NCBI GenBank assembly: GCA_017994425.1
Contig: JAGOKS010000002.1
Span: 3,060 to 67,059 of the forward strand
From: Bacteroidales bacterium
GTDB taxonomy: Bacteria > Bacteroidota > Bacteroidia > Bacteroidales > WCHB1-69
Length of the DNA stretch: 64,000 nucleotides
Direction: 5' to 3'
Shown here: positions 1 to 10,812 of the stretch, piece after piece
Layout of the letters: the number at the start of each line of letters is the position of its first letter
Numbering within the stretch: the first letter of the stretch is position 1
Notes under the pieces: model-generated
Databases searched by the model: none
The model's input: only the letters and a program-made list of their open reading frames with translations
Told to the model about the DNA's origin: nothing
Made by a program: the position numbers and the translations under genes

Positions 1-63
1 GCAAACCTGATTTAATTAAAAAAATTGACGATTTATTATAAACGTTTTTTTTAATTACTATTC

Positions 64-99
64 AAAAATAACTTATTGCAACACATAAGTTATTTTTTT
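64..99 (+). terminator. Putative intrinsic terminator of an off-window upstream gene
   Basis: Inverted repeat AAAAATAACTTAT (64-76) / ATAAGTTATTTTT (85-97) with an 8-nt loop. The right arm runs into a T7 tract. Confidence 0.45.
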
Positions 100-230
100 A
101 TTTCTATTATTTTATATAAATAAATAACGGACACATAAATAAAGTCTTTATTGTTAAAAGAAGCATGGAAAACGTTTCCTCTTGTTTGTAAATTTTTATA
201 GAAAATTTAAATAGTTTTTTAAAAAAAAAG

Positions 231-238
231 TACTTTTG
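231..238 (+). promoter_or_regulatory. Bacteroidota-type -7 promoter box (TACTTTTG) for serS
   Basis: Exact match to TAnnTTTG, 20 nt upstream of the serS ATG. No clear -33 TTTG seen. Confidence 0.5.
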
Positions 239-257
239 TTGAAAATTTAAAAACAGT

Positions 258-1526
258 ATGATACCGCTAGTATTTTTAAGAGAAAACCCTGATTTTGTTA
301 TTGAACGCTTAGGCATTAAAAACTTTCAGGCAAGTGAATATGTGAATGTGATTATTAACTATGACAAAAGTCGTCGTAGCTTACAAAAACAGCTTGATGA
401 TAATTTTGCCGAACAGAATAAAATTGCAAAAGAAATCGGGATTTTATTCAAGGAAGGGAAAAAAGAGGAAGCTCAGTTATTAAAAGATAGAACAGCTGTT
501 CTTAAAGTAGAAGCTAAAACGATAGAAGAAAATCTTAGTTCAAATGAAAATGCCATTAATGAAATATTAGTGTTGCTTCCAAATCTTCCACACTCCAGCG
601 TTCCCAAAGGGTATAGCGCTGAAGATAATGAAATTGTTTACTCCGAAGGCGATTTGACACTTTCTTCATATTTACTTCCCCACTGGGAGTTATGCGAAAA
701 AAAGAAATTAATCAATTTTGAAATCGGAAGTAAATTAACAGGTGCCGGCTTCCCCATTTATATAGGGAAAGCAGCCAAATTACAACGTGCCTTGATTAAT
801 TTCTTTTTAGATAATGCATTGGAAGCAAATTATGTAGAAATAGAACCCCCTTATATGGTAAACGAAGATTCGGCTTTTGCTACCGGTCAATTACCCGATA
901 AAGAAGGTCAAATGTATCATGTAAGCAAAGACAATCTTTATCTTATCCCAACAGCGGAAGTACCGATAACAAATATCTATCGGAATATGATTTTGAAAAA
1001 CGAAGATCTTCCTGTAAAACATTGTGCCTATTCGGCTTGTTTTCGTCGTGAAGCCGGCTCTTACGGTAAGGATGTACGCGGGTTGAATCGTTTGCATCAA
1101 TTTGATAAAGTAGAAATCGTTCAAATAACTACGCCTGAAAACTCATACCTTGTCCTCGACGAAATGAAAGCCTATGTGCTCACTCTACTGCAAAAACTTG
1201 AATTACCTTTCCGTATTATTCGATTATGTGGTGGCGATATGAGTTTTACATCAGCTCTAACCTATGATTTCGAAGTCTTTGCTAAAGGGCAACAAAAATG
1301 GCTCGAAGTAAGTTCAGTTTCGAATTTCGAAAACTTCCAAGCAAATCGCTTGAAATTACGATATAAAAATGAAAACGGCAAAACAATATTATTACACACC
1401 CTTAATGGCAGCGCATTGGCTTTGCCTCGTATTGTCGCCGCTTTACTCGAAAATCACCAAACAGAGGAAGGGAACATATACATACCGAAAGCACTACAAG
1501 CTTATACAGGTTTTGAATTAATATAA
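258..1526 (+). CDS. serS: Seryl-tRNA synthetase
   Basis: 422-aa ORF with an N-terminal coiled-coil arm and a class II core. Motifs seen: CFRREAGSYGKD and NGSALALPRIVAALLENHQ. Confidence 0.95.
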   Translation: MIPLVFLRENPDFVIERLGIKNFQASEYVNVIINYDKSRRSLQKQLDDNFAEQNKIAKEIGILFKEGKKEEAQLLKDRTAVLKVEAKTIEENLSSNENAINEILVLLPNLPHSSVPKGYSAEDNEIVYSEGDLTLSSYLLPHWELCEKKKLINFEIGSKLTGAGFPIYIGKAAKLQRALINFFLDNALEANYVEIEPPYMVNEDSAFATGQLPDKEGQMYHVSKDNLYLIPTAEVPITNIYRNMILKNEDLPVKHCAYSACFRREAGSYGKDVRGLNRLHQFDKVEIVQITTPENSYLVLDEMKAYVLTLLQKLELPFRIIRLCGGDMSFTSALTYDFEVFAKGQQKWLEVSSVSNFENFQANRLKLRYKNENGKTILLHTLNGSALALPRIVAALLENHQTEEGNIYIPKALQAYTGFELI

Positions 1527-1541
1527 ACACATAATTGTCGT

Positions 1542-3071
1542 ATGGATGAAATGATTTTAATTTTGGATTTCGGCTCTCAATACACCCAACTAATAGCTCG
1601 TAAAATCAGAGAAATAAATGTGTACTGTGAAATTAAACCCTATAATGCGGTTGAAGAAATCTCAAACAATGTAAAAGGGATTATTTTATCGGGAAGCCCC
1701 TTTTCTGTTTATGATAAAAATGCCCCTATTCCCTTGATTGAAAAATGGAAAAAGAAAGTACCTCTTTTGGGTATTTGTTATGGAGCACAATTTCTTGCAC
1801 ATAATCAAGGTGGAAAAGTTACCTCCTCTCCAAGCAGAGAATATGGAAGAGCTAATTTAAGCTATATTAATCCCAAAGATTTATTATTTAAAAATATTCA
1901 ACTTCAATCACAAGTGTGGATGTCGCATGGAGATACTATTACAGAATTACCTTCTCATTTTGAAGTAAGTTGTAGTACCGAAAATGTAAAATTTGCAGGC
2001 TTTAAAATTCAAAACGAAGCCATTTACGGTATACAATTTCATCCTGAGGTGCATCATTCCGAACAAGGAAAGCAAATATTAACCAATTTTGTGGTCGATA
2101 TTTGTCAATGCCACCAATCATGGACTTCCGAATGCTTTGTTGACATGACTGTTAGCGATTTAAAAGAGAAATTACATAACGACAAAGTCATACTCGGACT
2201 CTCCGGTGGAGTTGACTCTACTGTAGCAGCTTATCTGCTAAATAAAGCCATAGGGAAAAACTTATACGGCATTTTCGTTGATACCGGATTATTGAGAAAA
2301 AACGAATTTGAAACCGTCATGGAATCATGCAAACAAATAGGCATACAAATCATAGGGGTAAATGCCAAAGATGTTTTTTATCAAAAACTTAAGGGGATCA
2401 GCGATCCGGAACAAAAGCGTAAAATTATTGGCAGTACTTTTATTGATATCTTTGATCAGGAGGCACATAAATTGAAAGATGTAAAATGGCTGGCTCAAGG
2501 TACCATTTATCCCGATGTCATTGAATCTATTTCGGTAAAAGGACCTTCGGCAACCATTAAATCGCATCACAATGTAGGAGGATTGCCCGAACGTATGCAT
2601 TTAAAAATAGTGGAACCCTTGCGTTTCTTATTCAAAGATGAAGTTCGTTTAGTAGGCGAAACCTTGCAAGTACCTAAAAATTTACTCTATCGTCATCCGT
2701 TTCCGGGTCCGGGTTTAGGTATTCGCATCCTTGGAGAAATAAGCGAAGAAAAAGTTCGCATTTTACAAGAAGTAGACGATATTTTTATAAAGATGTTAAA
2801 AGAATCGGCTTGGTATGATAAATGTTGGCAAGCCCTTTCGGTATTATTACCTGTTAGAAGTGTAGGAGTGATGGGTGATGAACGAACGTATGAAAATTGC
2901 GTTGCCTTACGAGCTGTTACTTCTGTCGATGGAATGACTGCCGACTGGGTACATTTTCCTCATGAGTTATTGTCAAAAATATCCAACGAAATTATTAATA
3001 AAGTACATGGTGTAAACAGAGTAGTTTATGATATCAGCTCTAAACCCCCGGCAACGATTGAATGGGAATAA
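1542..3071 (+). CDS. guaA: GMP synthase (glutamine-hydrolysing)
   Basis: 509 aa. GATase-1 motifs ([12 protein letters not shown]), PP-loop SGGVDS and the conserved C-terminus PPATIEWE. Confidence 0.96.
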   Translation: MDEMILILDFGSQYTQLIARKIREINVYCEIKPYNAVEEISNNVKGIILSGSPFSVYDKNAPIPLIEKWKKKVPLLGICYGAQFLAHNQGGKVTSSPSREYGRANLSYINPKDLLFKNIQLQSQVWMSHGDTITELPSHFEVSCSTENVKFAGFKIQNEAIYGIQFHPEVHHSEQGKQILTNFVVDICQCHQSWTSECFVDMTVSDLKEKLHNDKVILGLSGGVDSTVAAYLLNKAIGKNLYGIFVDTGLLRKNEFETVMESCKQIGIQIIGVNAKDVFYQKLKGISDPEQKRKIIGSTFIDIFDQEAHKLKDVKWLAQGTIYPDVIESISVKGPSATIKSHHNVGGLPERMHLKIVEPLRFLFKDEVRLVGETLQVPKNLLYRHPFPGPGLGIRILGEISEEKVRILQEVDDIFIKMLKESAWYDKCWQALSVLLPVRSVGVMGDERTYENCVALRAVTSVDGMTADWVHFPHELLSKISNEIINKVHGVNRVVYDISSKPPATIEWE

Positions 3072-3105
3072 ATTATATCATTTTAATTATCAAACCAAAT
3101 TAACT

Positions 3106-3702
3106 ATGAACAAAGAAGTTTTAACGCAAAAAAAAGTGGAAGAGAAAATTATTAGTATAAGGAATCAACAAGTCATGTTAGATGCTCATGTAGCATACTT
3201 ATACGGCGTAGAGACCAAACGAATAAACGAAGCTGTTAAAAAAAATCCCAATAAATTTCCAAAGGGATATGTTTTTGAATTAACGGCAAAAGAATGGAGA
3301 GAGATTAAACGCAATAATATTCTCTTATTTAACAATATTTCAAGCGATTACAAGCAACCGGTCGAAAATATCGACCGGTTAAAGCATTCTTCATCATTGC
3401 CCAAAGCCTTTACTGAAAAAGGCTTATATATGTTAGCAACCATTCTTAAAAGTGAAAAGGCTACACAAACAACCATAAGCATTATTGAAACTTTTACACA
3501 ATTAAGAGAACTATCGCGCACCTTACATGCTATACCGGAAATAAAAGATACCAATAATCAAAAAACTTTGATACAAAAAGGGAATGAACTACTTTCGGAA
3601 TTATTAGATGACAATATGAAAATATCCTGTACCGAAACTACAGTTGAATTGAATTTTGCAGTAATGAAATTGAAACATACCATTAAACGTAAAAAAGATT
3701 GA
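3106..3702 (+). CDS. ORF6N (KilA-N-like) domain DNA-binding protein
   Basis: N-terminal IRNQQVMLDAHVAYLYGVETKRINEAVKKNPNKFPKGYVFELT is typical of ORF6N domains. I moved the start from the track's 3028 to the ATG at 3106, which removes a 44-nt overlap with guaA. Confidence 0.7.
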   Translation: MNKEVLTQKKVEEKIISIRNQQVMLDAHVAYLYGVETKRINEAVKKNPNKFPKGYVFELTAKEWREIKRNNILLFNNISSDYKQPVENIDRLKHSSSLPKAFTEKGLYMLATILKSEKATQTTISIIETFTQLRELSRTLHAIPEIKDTNNQKTLIQKGNELLSELLDDNMKISCTETTVELNFAVMKLKHTIKRKKD

Positions 3703-3707
3703 ACAAA

Positions 3708-4619
3708 ATGAAGCATTTGGAACGAGCGCTGGATGGACAAAATCAATGGTGGAAATATTTGGTAGTATTTTTAATTGGGTTTTTAGGAATCATTTCTGTA
3801 TCTGCTTTATCTTTAAAAATTTTTACTTTTATACGCGAAATGCAAGGTATTGGAGTAAATAAACCCAATATTTTTGACGGAATAGATTTAAATATCGCTC
3901 TCCTATTAAATTTATTTCCTTATATTATAGGATTAATTATTGTTATTCCGCTAATAAAAAGCTTTCACAATCGTTCATTGGCAGAAATCATTAATGGTAC
4001 TAAAAAAATACGATGGAACCGGTTTTTCTTTTCGATGGGAATTTGGACAATCCTTTTAATCGCAAGTTTAGTAATTGAATATCTTGTCTCACCACAAGAT
4101 TTTATTTTACAATTTCAACCTCTTCGTTTTATAATTTTGTTGATACTTTCTATAACTTTAATTCCTCTTCAAACTACATTTGAAGAAGTTTTTTTTAGAG
4201 GATATTTAATGCAAGGAATTTCCGTATGGACTAAAAACCGCTTGTTAGCTATTGTTATTCCGGGAATCTTATTTGGATTATTACATTATAACAATCCTGA
4301 AGTAAAAGAATATGGCTTTTGGTTAGCAATGCCTCAATACATCGTTTACGGTTTACTTTTTGGAATTATAGTTGTTTTAGACGATGGTATTGAAACCACG
4401 ATGGGAGCACATGCCGCAAATAATATATTACTATGCGTATTCGTTACTTCTAAATCATCGGTATTACAAACTTATGCCTTGTTTGAACAAATCAATCAAA
4501 AACCTTCCATAATGGATACGTTAATAATGGGAGTTCTATTAATCCTTATTTTAGGAATTAAATATAAATGGAAATTATCCGTTTTAAATAAAAAAGTAGA
4601 AATTGAAACATTGAAATAA
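3708..4619 (+). CDS. CPBP family (CAAX/Abi-type) intramembrane metalloprotease
   Basis: Polytopic membrane protein with the three CPBP motifs: EEVFFRGYL (EExxxR), FGLLH (FxxxH) and HAANN (HxxxN). The track start at 3699 is a TTG overlapping the upstream stop, so I prefer the ATG at 3708. Confidence 0.8.
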   Translation: MKHLERALDGQNQWWKYLVVFLIGFLGIISVSALSLKIFTFIREMQGIGVNKPNIFDGIDLNIALLLNLFPYIIGLIIVIPLIKSFHNRSLAEIINGTKKIRWNRFFFSMGIWTILLIASLVIEYLVSPQDFILQFQPLRFIILLILSITLIPLQTTFEEVFFRGYLMQGISVWTKNRLLAIVIPGILFGLLHYNNPEVKEYGFWLAMPQYIVYGLLFGIIVVLDDGIETTMGAHAANNILLCVFVTSKSSVLQTYALFEQINQKPSIMDTLIMGVLLILILGIKYKWKLSVLNKKVEIETLK

Positions 4620-4621
4620 TT

Positions 4622-6274
4622 ATGAATAGAATTTTAAATTGTTTAGTAATCGCTTTCGCATGTATTACTAACGTCAATGCTCAACAAGCACAAGACACTC
4701 TTATCGAAAATGGGAAACTATTTTTAATTCACAAAGTAGAAAGAGGACAAACGCTATATGGCTTATCTAAAACTTACAACATTGCTATTGAAGAAATTAT
4801 TAAATATAATCCGCAAACAGAAAATGGAATCAAAGCACGAGAAGAGTTAAAGATTTATATAGGTGAAGAAAAAAAATTACCTATTCAAGAACCAAAAGCA
4901 GAAATACTTCCTAAAGATACTGCTCGAAAAATAGTTCATACCGTAGTAGCAGGTGAAACCCTGTATGGACTCTCTAAAAAATATAACGTATCTATTGAGC
5001 AATTACAGAAATGGAATCCGGGATTAAACGAAAATCTTTCCATCGGACAAAATATTATCCTATTCGGAAAATCTGATACAAGTGTCAATGACACTATCAC
5101 ATATTATCAAATTCCGAAACAAGCTATCAAAAAATCATCTTATAAAGTGTATGCATTACTGCCTCTATATACCAATTATTTATATAGAGTAGATACCTCT
5201 ACTTTTAAAAGTTTATCGGATTATGATAATATTAAGTCTTTTCATTTTATACAGTTTTATGAAGGATTATTAATTGCCGCTGAAGATGCAAGCAAAAAAG
5301 GAATCCCTATTAAACTTTACGTGGAAGATATAAATGATCAAAACACAAACAAACTGAAGGAAATGATTCAAAAAGGTGTTTTCGACGATGCAGATTTAAT
5401 ACTCGGACCTTTTTTCAGTGATGAATTTGCTTTATTATCTGATTATGTAAAAAATAAAAATATTATTTTAGTCAATCCTTTTTCGATTACTTTTGACGAA
5501 TGCAATCGAAACACCTATAAAGTTACTGCTTCGTATCAACAACAAGCAGAACAAATTGTAAAATATATTACTCAAAAACATGATAAAGCACAAATAATTT
5601 TAATTAACAATCAAAGTAGCGGTGATATAATGAAAACAACGGCATACAAAACAGGGATGTTAAACGCTATTCCCGACACTAAACAAATTTCAATTAAAGA
5701 GATAAATTATGCAAAAGAAGGCATAGGCGGTATACAAGCTGCAATGAATCCTAATTGCGAAAATTATCTTTTTACTTTTTTCACAGGAGAAATAAATATA
5801 ACAAATTTTGTGCAACGCATGTATGGACTTAATTATGAAAATGTAACGCTATTTGCTCCTTCTTTTTGGAAAGAATACGATAATATTGAGACAGAATATT
5901 TCATGTCGCTAAAAACGCATTACGTCGATCCGTTTTTTGTGGATTATTCCGATCCGAATGTGATTACTTTTATAGATAAATTCAGAGAAAAATATGAAAT
6001 TGAGCCAACATTGGATAAATTTGCTTTTCAAGGATACGATATCACCTATTATTTTCTCAATGCCCTGATGAATTATGGGAGTAACTTTGGGTTGGAAATC
6101 AATGAAATGGAGCTTCCTTTATTATCAACCAAGATATATTTTAAACAAAGCCCCACACATTGTAAAGAAAATACTTTTGTACATATTTACAAATTAAAAG
6201 ATTTCAGAATTATTAATGCCTATAGCGATATTGAAGAAGAACAGATAACTCCTACCATTAGCCCAAAAAAATAG
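4622..6274 (+). CDS. Secreted protein with two LysM domains and a periplasmic-binding-protein-like domain
   Basis: Signal peptide (ITNVNAQQ). Two LysM repeats (HKVERGQTLYGLSKTYNIAIEEIIKYNP and HTVVAGETLYGLSKKYNVSIEQLQKWNP). The type-1 PBP-like fold of the C-terminal ~400 aa is inferred only. Confidence 0.7.
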   Translation: MNRILNCLVIAFACITNVNAQQAQDTLIENGKLFLIHKVERGQTLYGLSKTYNIAIEEIIKYNPQTENGIKAREELKIYIGEEKKLPIQEPKAEILPKDTARKIVHTVVAGETLYGLSKKYNVSIEQLQKWNPGLNENLSIGQNIILFGKSDTSVNDTITYYQIPKQAIKKSSYKVYALLPLYTNYLYRVDTSTFKSLSDYDNIKSFHFIQFYEGLLIAAEDASKKGIPIKLYVEDINDQNTNKLKEMIQKGVFDDADLILGPFFSDEFALLSDYVKNKNIILVNPFSITFDECNRNTYKVTASYQQQAEQIVKYITQKHDKAQIILINNQSSGDIMKTTAYKTGMLNAIPDTKQISIKEINYAKEGIGGIQAAMNPNCENYLFTFFTGEINITNFVQRMYGLNYENVTLFAPSFWKEYDNIETEYFMSLKTHYVDPFFVDYSDPNVITFIDKFREKYEIEPTLDKFAFQGYDITYYFLNALMNYGSNFGLEINEMELPLLSTKIYFKQSPTHCKENTFVHIYKLKDFRIINAYSDIEEEQITPTISPKK

Positions 6275-6304
6275 CTACTCATTGATTCAACTCATATTCT
6301 AATA

Positions 6305-8296
6305 ATGATGATTAAACAAGAAACGATAGACGAAATCATAAATACCTGCCGAATTGAAGAGGTGGTGGGAGATTTTGTTCGTTTGCATAAACGTGGAGTC
6401 AATTACATTGGTTTATGCCCGTTTCACAATGAAAAAACACCTTCTTTTACAGTAAGTCCGTCAAAAGGAATTTGTAAATGCTTTGGGTGCGGAGTCGCCG
6501 GTGATTCGATAAGTTTTGTTATGAAACATGAGAATTACTCGTATGTAGAAGCTCTTAGTTATTTGGCTAAAAAATATAACATTGAAATACAAGAATCTGC
6601 TCAAACATCCGAGGAATTAAAACTACTTAACGAACGAGAAGCTCTTTTATCGCTCTCGACTTCTGCGTGTGAATTTTTTTCCACTATTTTATATGAAAAC
6701 GAAGAAGGAAAATCGGTAGGACTTTCGTATTTGAAAGAGCGAGGCTTCACCGATTCAACCATCGATGTTTTCCAATTAGGATATGCTCCACAACAGCGAG
6801 ATTCATTGCTAAATTATGCATTAAAAAAAGGCTATACTCTTGATAATCTCGAAAAATCAGGACTTATTATTGTAAAACAAAAAGAAGGCTCCATTCTTCG
6901 TTATGATCGTTTTTCGGAACGTGTCATTTTCCCTATTCATAATTTCTCGGGTAAAGTGGTCGGTTTCGGAGGCAGAATTTTAACTTCAAAAGATAAAAAT
7001 CACGCAAAGTATATAAATTCTCCCGAATCAGCTATTTATCATAAAAGTGATATTCTTTACGGTATATTTCAAGCAAAAAATGCTATTAAAAAAGCTGATA
7101 AATGTTATCTCGTTGAAGGTTATACCGATGTTATTTCATTGTATCAAGCAGGAATTGAAAATGTAGTCGCTTCTTCGGGAACCTCCTTAACGCAAGGACA
7201 AATAAAACAGCTCACTAAACTAACAAATAATATTACGATTTTATATGATGGTGATAGTGCTGGTATAGATGCTGCTGTGCGTGCCGTTGGCATGTTGCTG
7301 AAAGAAAATCTAAATATTCGCATCATCATTCTTCCTCCTACAGAAGACCCTGATTCTTTCGCTCGGAATAATGACAGACAACAAATTGTAGATTTTTTCA
7401 CTGATAATGAAAAAGATTTTATTCAGTTCAAAATCAATCTACTATCGAAAGAGGCCGGCAAAGACCCTATTAAAAAAGCTGAATTCATTAATCAAATAGC
7501 CGCTGATATCGCCAGCATCCCGGATATTATTAAAGTTTCTCTTTTTGTTAAACAATGTAGCAGTTTATTAGGAATTTCAGAAGCTATCCTATTCCGTACA
7601 ATCAATAAAATACGTATAAAAAACTACAAAGAAGGAAGTAGCGAAAAAGTAAATGAAACGTCTGATATTAATGTAATATCACCCGTCGATAAACCCCTTA
7701 GACCGATTTATACTGATATCTCACCCCTTCATTTAAGTGATGTTGAAAAAGAAATTCTGTTTTTATTAGTCAATTATGGTAATACATTAATATATCTTCC
7801 TAATGAAGATAAAAAATCTGAAGAGAAATTGTTTTCCATACGGGTAGACCAATTTATTTTTAATAATCTGGATAGTGATGACATTCAATTGGAAACTCCC
7901 CTTTATCAACAATTCATTAATGCTTATGCGGATATTGCCGAAAAATATCCTAACGATATTGTAAGTCAATTGAAAAATCATCCCGATAAAAATATTATTT
8001 CACTTTTCTTAAATCTCGTTGATATTAAACCTCTTCCCAGCCCATTATGGGAAAGTTCAAAAATAAAAAGTTTTATCAATACCATCGATAATAACAACGC
8101 TAAAATACATGAACATATAGTTCGCTGTTTACAAGTTTTACGATTAATTAAACTCAGAGCTATCAGAGAAAAACACGAAGAAGAGTTAACTAAAACGGAT
8201 AAGGTCGATGATATTTCAATTTTACTTAAAAATTTAGTTGATATAAAAGAAGTAATTAAGAACATAGAAAAAGTATTAGGAGTTACTTATAGATAA
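6305..8296 (+). CDS. dnaG: DNA primase
   Basis: Zinc-ribbon CPFHNEKTPSFTVSPSKGICKCFGCG, TOPRIM EGYTDV and YDGDSAG. Confidence 0.95.
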   Translation: MMIKQETIDEIINTCRIEEVVGDFVRLHKRGVNYIGLCPFHNEKTPSFTVSPSKGICKCFGCGVAGDSISFVMKHENYSYVEALSYLAKKYNIEIQESAQTSEELKLLNEREALLSLSTSACEFFSTILYENEEGKSVGLSYLKERGFTDSTIDVFQLGYAPQQRDSLLNYALKKGYTLDNLEKSGLIIVKQKEGSILRYDRFSERVIFPIHNFSGKVVGFGGRILTSKDKNHAKYINSPESAIYHKSDILYGIFQAKNAIKKADKCYLVEGYTDVISLYQAGIENVVASSGTSLTQGQIKQLTKLTNNITILYDGDSAGIDAAVRAVGMLLKENLNIRIIILPPTEDPDSFARNNDRQQIVDFFTDNEKDFIQFKINLLSKEAGKDPIKKAEFINQIAADIASIPDIIKVSLFVKQCSSLLGISEAILFRTINKIRIKNYKEGSSEKVNETSDINVISPVDKPLRPIYTDISPLHLSDVEKEILFLLVNYGNTLIYLPNEDKKSEEKLFSIRVDQFIFNNLDSDDIQLETPLYQQFINAYADIAEKYPNDIVSQLKNHPDKNIISLFLNLVDIKPLPSPLWESSKIKSFINTIDNNNAKIHEHIVRCLQVLRLIKLRAIREKHEEELTKTDKVDDISILLKNLVDIKEVIKNIEKVLGVTYR

Positions 8297-8301
8297 TATG
8301 T

Positions 8302-10773
8302 ATGAACAAACAAGAATTATTCGTAAACGTCATTTTGCCCTTACCCTTACCTGATTTTTTTACCTATGGCGTCCCCGAAATACTATCAAATGAAATTGAA
8401 ATAGGGAAACGTGTATTAGTACCTTTTGGTAGAAATAAGTTTTATGCTGCCATTATTTACACTATTCATTCCGAAAAACCTACAAAATATCAAACCAAAG
8501 CTATCGTAAATGTATTGGATGAAACACCTATTGTCAATGAAAGACAATTATCATTATGGATTTGGATAGCAGATTATTATATGTGTTCTTACGGGGAAGT
8601 AATGGCTGTTGCTTTGCCTTCCGCATTTAAACTGGCTAGTGAATCGAAAATCGGACTTCATCCCGAATATGATGGAGATATTAGCTTATTGTCGGAAAAA
8701 GAGATACAAATTGTTAGTTCTTTAACATATAGTAAAACTCTTTCTATCAAACAAATTGAAAAAATATGCCAACATGTATATGTGCTTCCTTTAATAAAAA
8801 CACTTGTTGATAAGGGAATTATTATTTTTTCAGAAGAAGTGGAATCGAGATATAAAGCAAAAATGGAAACATACCTATCCCTCTCGGAGAAATATACATC
8901 AAATGAAGAAGCATTGAATCAGCTTTTTCAAGAATTGGAACTTTCCAAACGAACACAAAAACAATCCGATGTATTACTTTATGTTTTATCTTTATTGCAA
9001 CAGGAAAAAAACCCTATCGTTGCTAAAAATAAACTTACGGGTTCAAATAAAATAACGAATTGCCAATTAAATACCCTTATAAAAAAAGGGATTTTAAACA
9101 GCGTAAAATTACCTGTTAGCCGTCTACCTATGTTTTATCCCGAAAAAAAGCCCTCTCTTATTGAACTTTCATCATACCAGCAAAACGCTTTCATTTCCAT
9201 TCAACAACAATTTGAGATTTCTAATACAGTATTATTGCATGGTGTTACGGGAAGCGGAAAAACAGAAATTTACATTAAGCTTATTCAAGAAGAAATTGAT
9301 AAGGGAAAACAAGTATTGTATCTTTTACCTGAAATAGCACTTACTACCCAAATCATTAATCGGCTGCGAAAATATTTTGGCAATAAAGTAGGAGTATATC
9401 ATTCACGTTTTAACGAATCGGAGCGCGTAGAAATCTGGCAACACATTGTTTCAAGCGATGAATCAAGTTATCAAATAATTATTGGTGCTCGTTCAGCTTT
9501 ATTCCTTCCTTTTAACAATTTAGGGTTAATCATTGTCGATGAAGAACATGATGTATCCTATAAACAATTTGATCCCAATCCACATTATCATGCTAGAGAT
9601 AGTGCCCTTGTATTAGCACAAATTCACAAAGCCAAAACACTATTGGGTTCTGCAACGCCTTCCATTGAAACCTACTACAATACTATAAAAAATAAATTCG
9701 GATTAGTTACATTGCATCATCGCTATGGTGGATTGGCTTTACCCGAAATTAAAATAGTAGATATCAAAAAAGAAGGTCGGAATGAGCAAGGTTATAGCCC
9801 CTATACGAAATCCTTATTACATCACATTGAAAAGGCTTTGGAAAGAAAAGAACAAGTCATTTTATTTCAAAACAGGCGAGGCTTTTCCGTACATCTGGAA
9901 TGTAAAGTCTGTAATTATATACCGACATGCAAAAATTGTGATGTTACACTGACATATCACAAAACAATCAATCAACTACGTTGTCATTATTGCGGTTATA
10001 GCGAAAAAGTTCCCAAAGCTTGCGATATGTGTAAACATTCAAACATGGAAATGAGAGGAACCGGGACAGAAAAAATTGAAGAAGATTTACATATTATTTT
10101 TCCTTCCGCCAATATAACCCGTTTAGATTACGATAGTACTCGCAGCAAAACAGCTTATCAAGACATTATATCTAATTTTGAAAATAGAAAAATCGATATT
10201 TTAGTTGGCACTCAAATGATTACAAAAGGATTGGATTTTGATAATGTCAGTACAGTGGGTATATTAAATGCTGATAATATGTTATTTTATCCCGATTTCC
10301 GTTCCTTAGAGCGCGCATATCAACTCATAGCTCAAGTAAGTGGAAGAGCAGGAAGAAAAAATAAACAAGGAATTGTATTGTTACAAACATTTAATCCTGG
10401 ACATCCTATTTTTCAATATGTTTTAACTAATGATTATTTTAGTTTGTTTGATAAAACAATGTTAGAGCGAAAACAATTCCATTATCCCCCTATATGTAGG
10501 TTTATTAAAATAACATTAAAACATAAAAAAAATGAAGTCTTAAATCATTTGGCAGCAGAATTTGCCATTTTATTAAGAAAAATTTTTCCCCATCAGGTTT
10601 TGGGACCTGAATATCCCCCCATTATGAAACTTAAAAACTTGTATCAGAAAGATATAATTCTAAAAATAAGTCCTTCCAAAAATCTTCCACAATGTAAACA
10701 TGAGATAAAAAATATCATTTCTTTGTCTTTATTTAAATCGATTCAAATCCATATTGACGTAGACCCTTATTAA
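8302..10773 (+). CDS. priA: Primosomal replication-restart helicase PriA
   Basis: Walker A GVTGSGKTE, DEEHD box and Cys-rich zinc insertion CKVCNYIPTCKNCDVTLTYHKTINQLRCHYCGY. Confidence 0.95.
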   Translation: MNKQELFVNVILPLPLPDFFTYGVPEILSNEIEIGKRVLVPFGRNKFYAAIIYTIHSEKPTKYQTKAIVNVLDETPIVNERQLSLWIWIADYYMCSYGEVMAVALPSAFKLASESKIGLHPEYDGDISLLSEKEIQIVSSLTYSKTLSIKQIEKICQHVYVLPLIKTLVDKGIIIFSEEVESRYKAKMETYLSLSEKYTSNEEALNQLFQELELSKRTQKQSDVLLYVLSLLQQEKNPIVAKNKLTGSNKITNCQLNTLIKKGILNSVKLPVSRLPMFYPEKKPSLIELSSYQQNAFISIQQQFEISNTVLLHGVTGSGKTEIYIKLIQEEIDKGKQVLYLLPEIALTTQIINRLRKYFGNKVGVYHSRFNESERVEIWQHIVSSDESSYQIIIGARSALFLPFNNLGLIIVDEEHDVSYKQFDPNPHYHARDSALVLAQIHKAKTLLGSATPSIETYYNTIKNKFGLVTLHHRYGGLALPEIKIVDIKKEGRNEQGYSPYTKSLLHHIEKALERKEQVILFQNRRGFSVHLECKVCNYIPTCKNCDVTLTYHKTINQLRCHYCGYSEKVPKACDMCKHSNMEMRGTGTEKIEEDLHIIFPSANITRLDYDSTRSKTAYQDIISNFENRKIDILVGTQMITKGLDFDNVSTVGILNADNMLFYPDFRSLERAYQLIAQVSGRAGRKNKQGIVLLQTFNPGHPIFQYVLTNDYFSLFDKTMLERKQFHYPPICRFIKITLKHKKNEVLNHLAAEFAILLRKIFPHQVLGPEYPPIMKLKNLYQKDIILKISPSKNLPQCKHEIKNIISLSLFKSIQIHIDVDPY

Positions 10774-10812
10774 AATAAATATATGTTGCTTTAATTCAAC
10801 CCAGATTTTCGT

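Noticed and set aside
107-316. Small and antisense ORFs from the six-frame track. Examples: 107-316, 891-1124, 2325-2600, 3348-3746, 7144-8265, 14772-21297 internal ORFs, 22344-22784, 23542-24196, 25583-25834, 26203-26968, 29131-29316, 30369-31622, 34607-34807, 36365-36679, 39581-39772, 42304-42603, 44574-46551, 48759-58942 internal ORFs, 61851-62042 and 63270-63692.
   Set aside because: All lie inside or antisense to long, motif-supported genes. They have low-complexity, AT-driven composition (Phe/Ile/Lys/Asn-rich) and no recognisable motifs, so they are most likely spurious.
3028-3105. Upstream start of the ORF6N gene at 3028, overlapping guaA by 44 nt.
   Set aside because: The extension ([15 protein letters not shown]...) is just the guaA 3' end read in another frame. 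The ATG at 3106 gives the canonical ORF6N N-terminus.
3072-4619. Calling the ORF6N/CPBP pair a mobile element.
   Set aside because: No integrase, transposase, flanking direct repeats or tRNA target were seen, so I did not annotate it as mobile_element.
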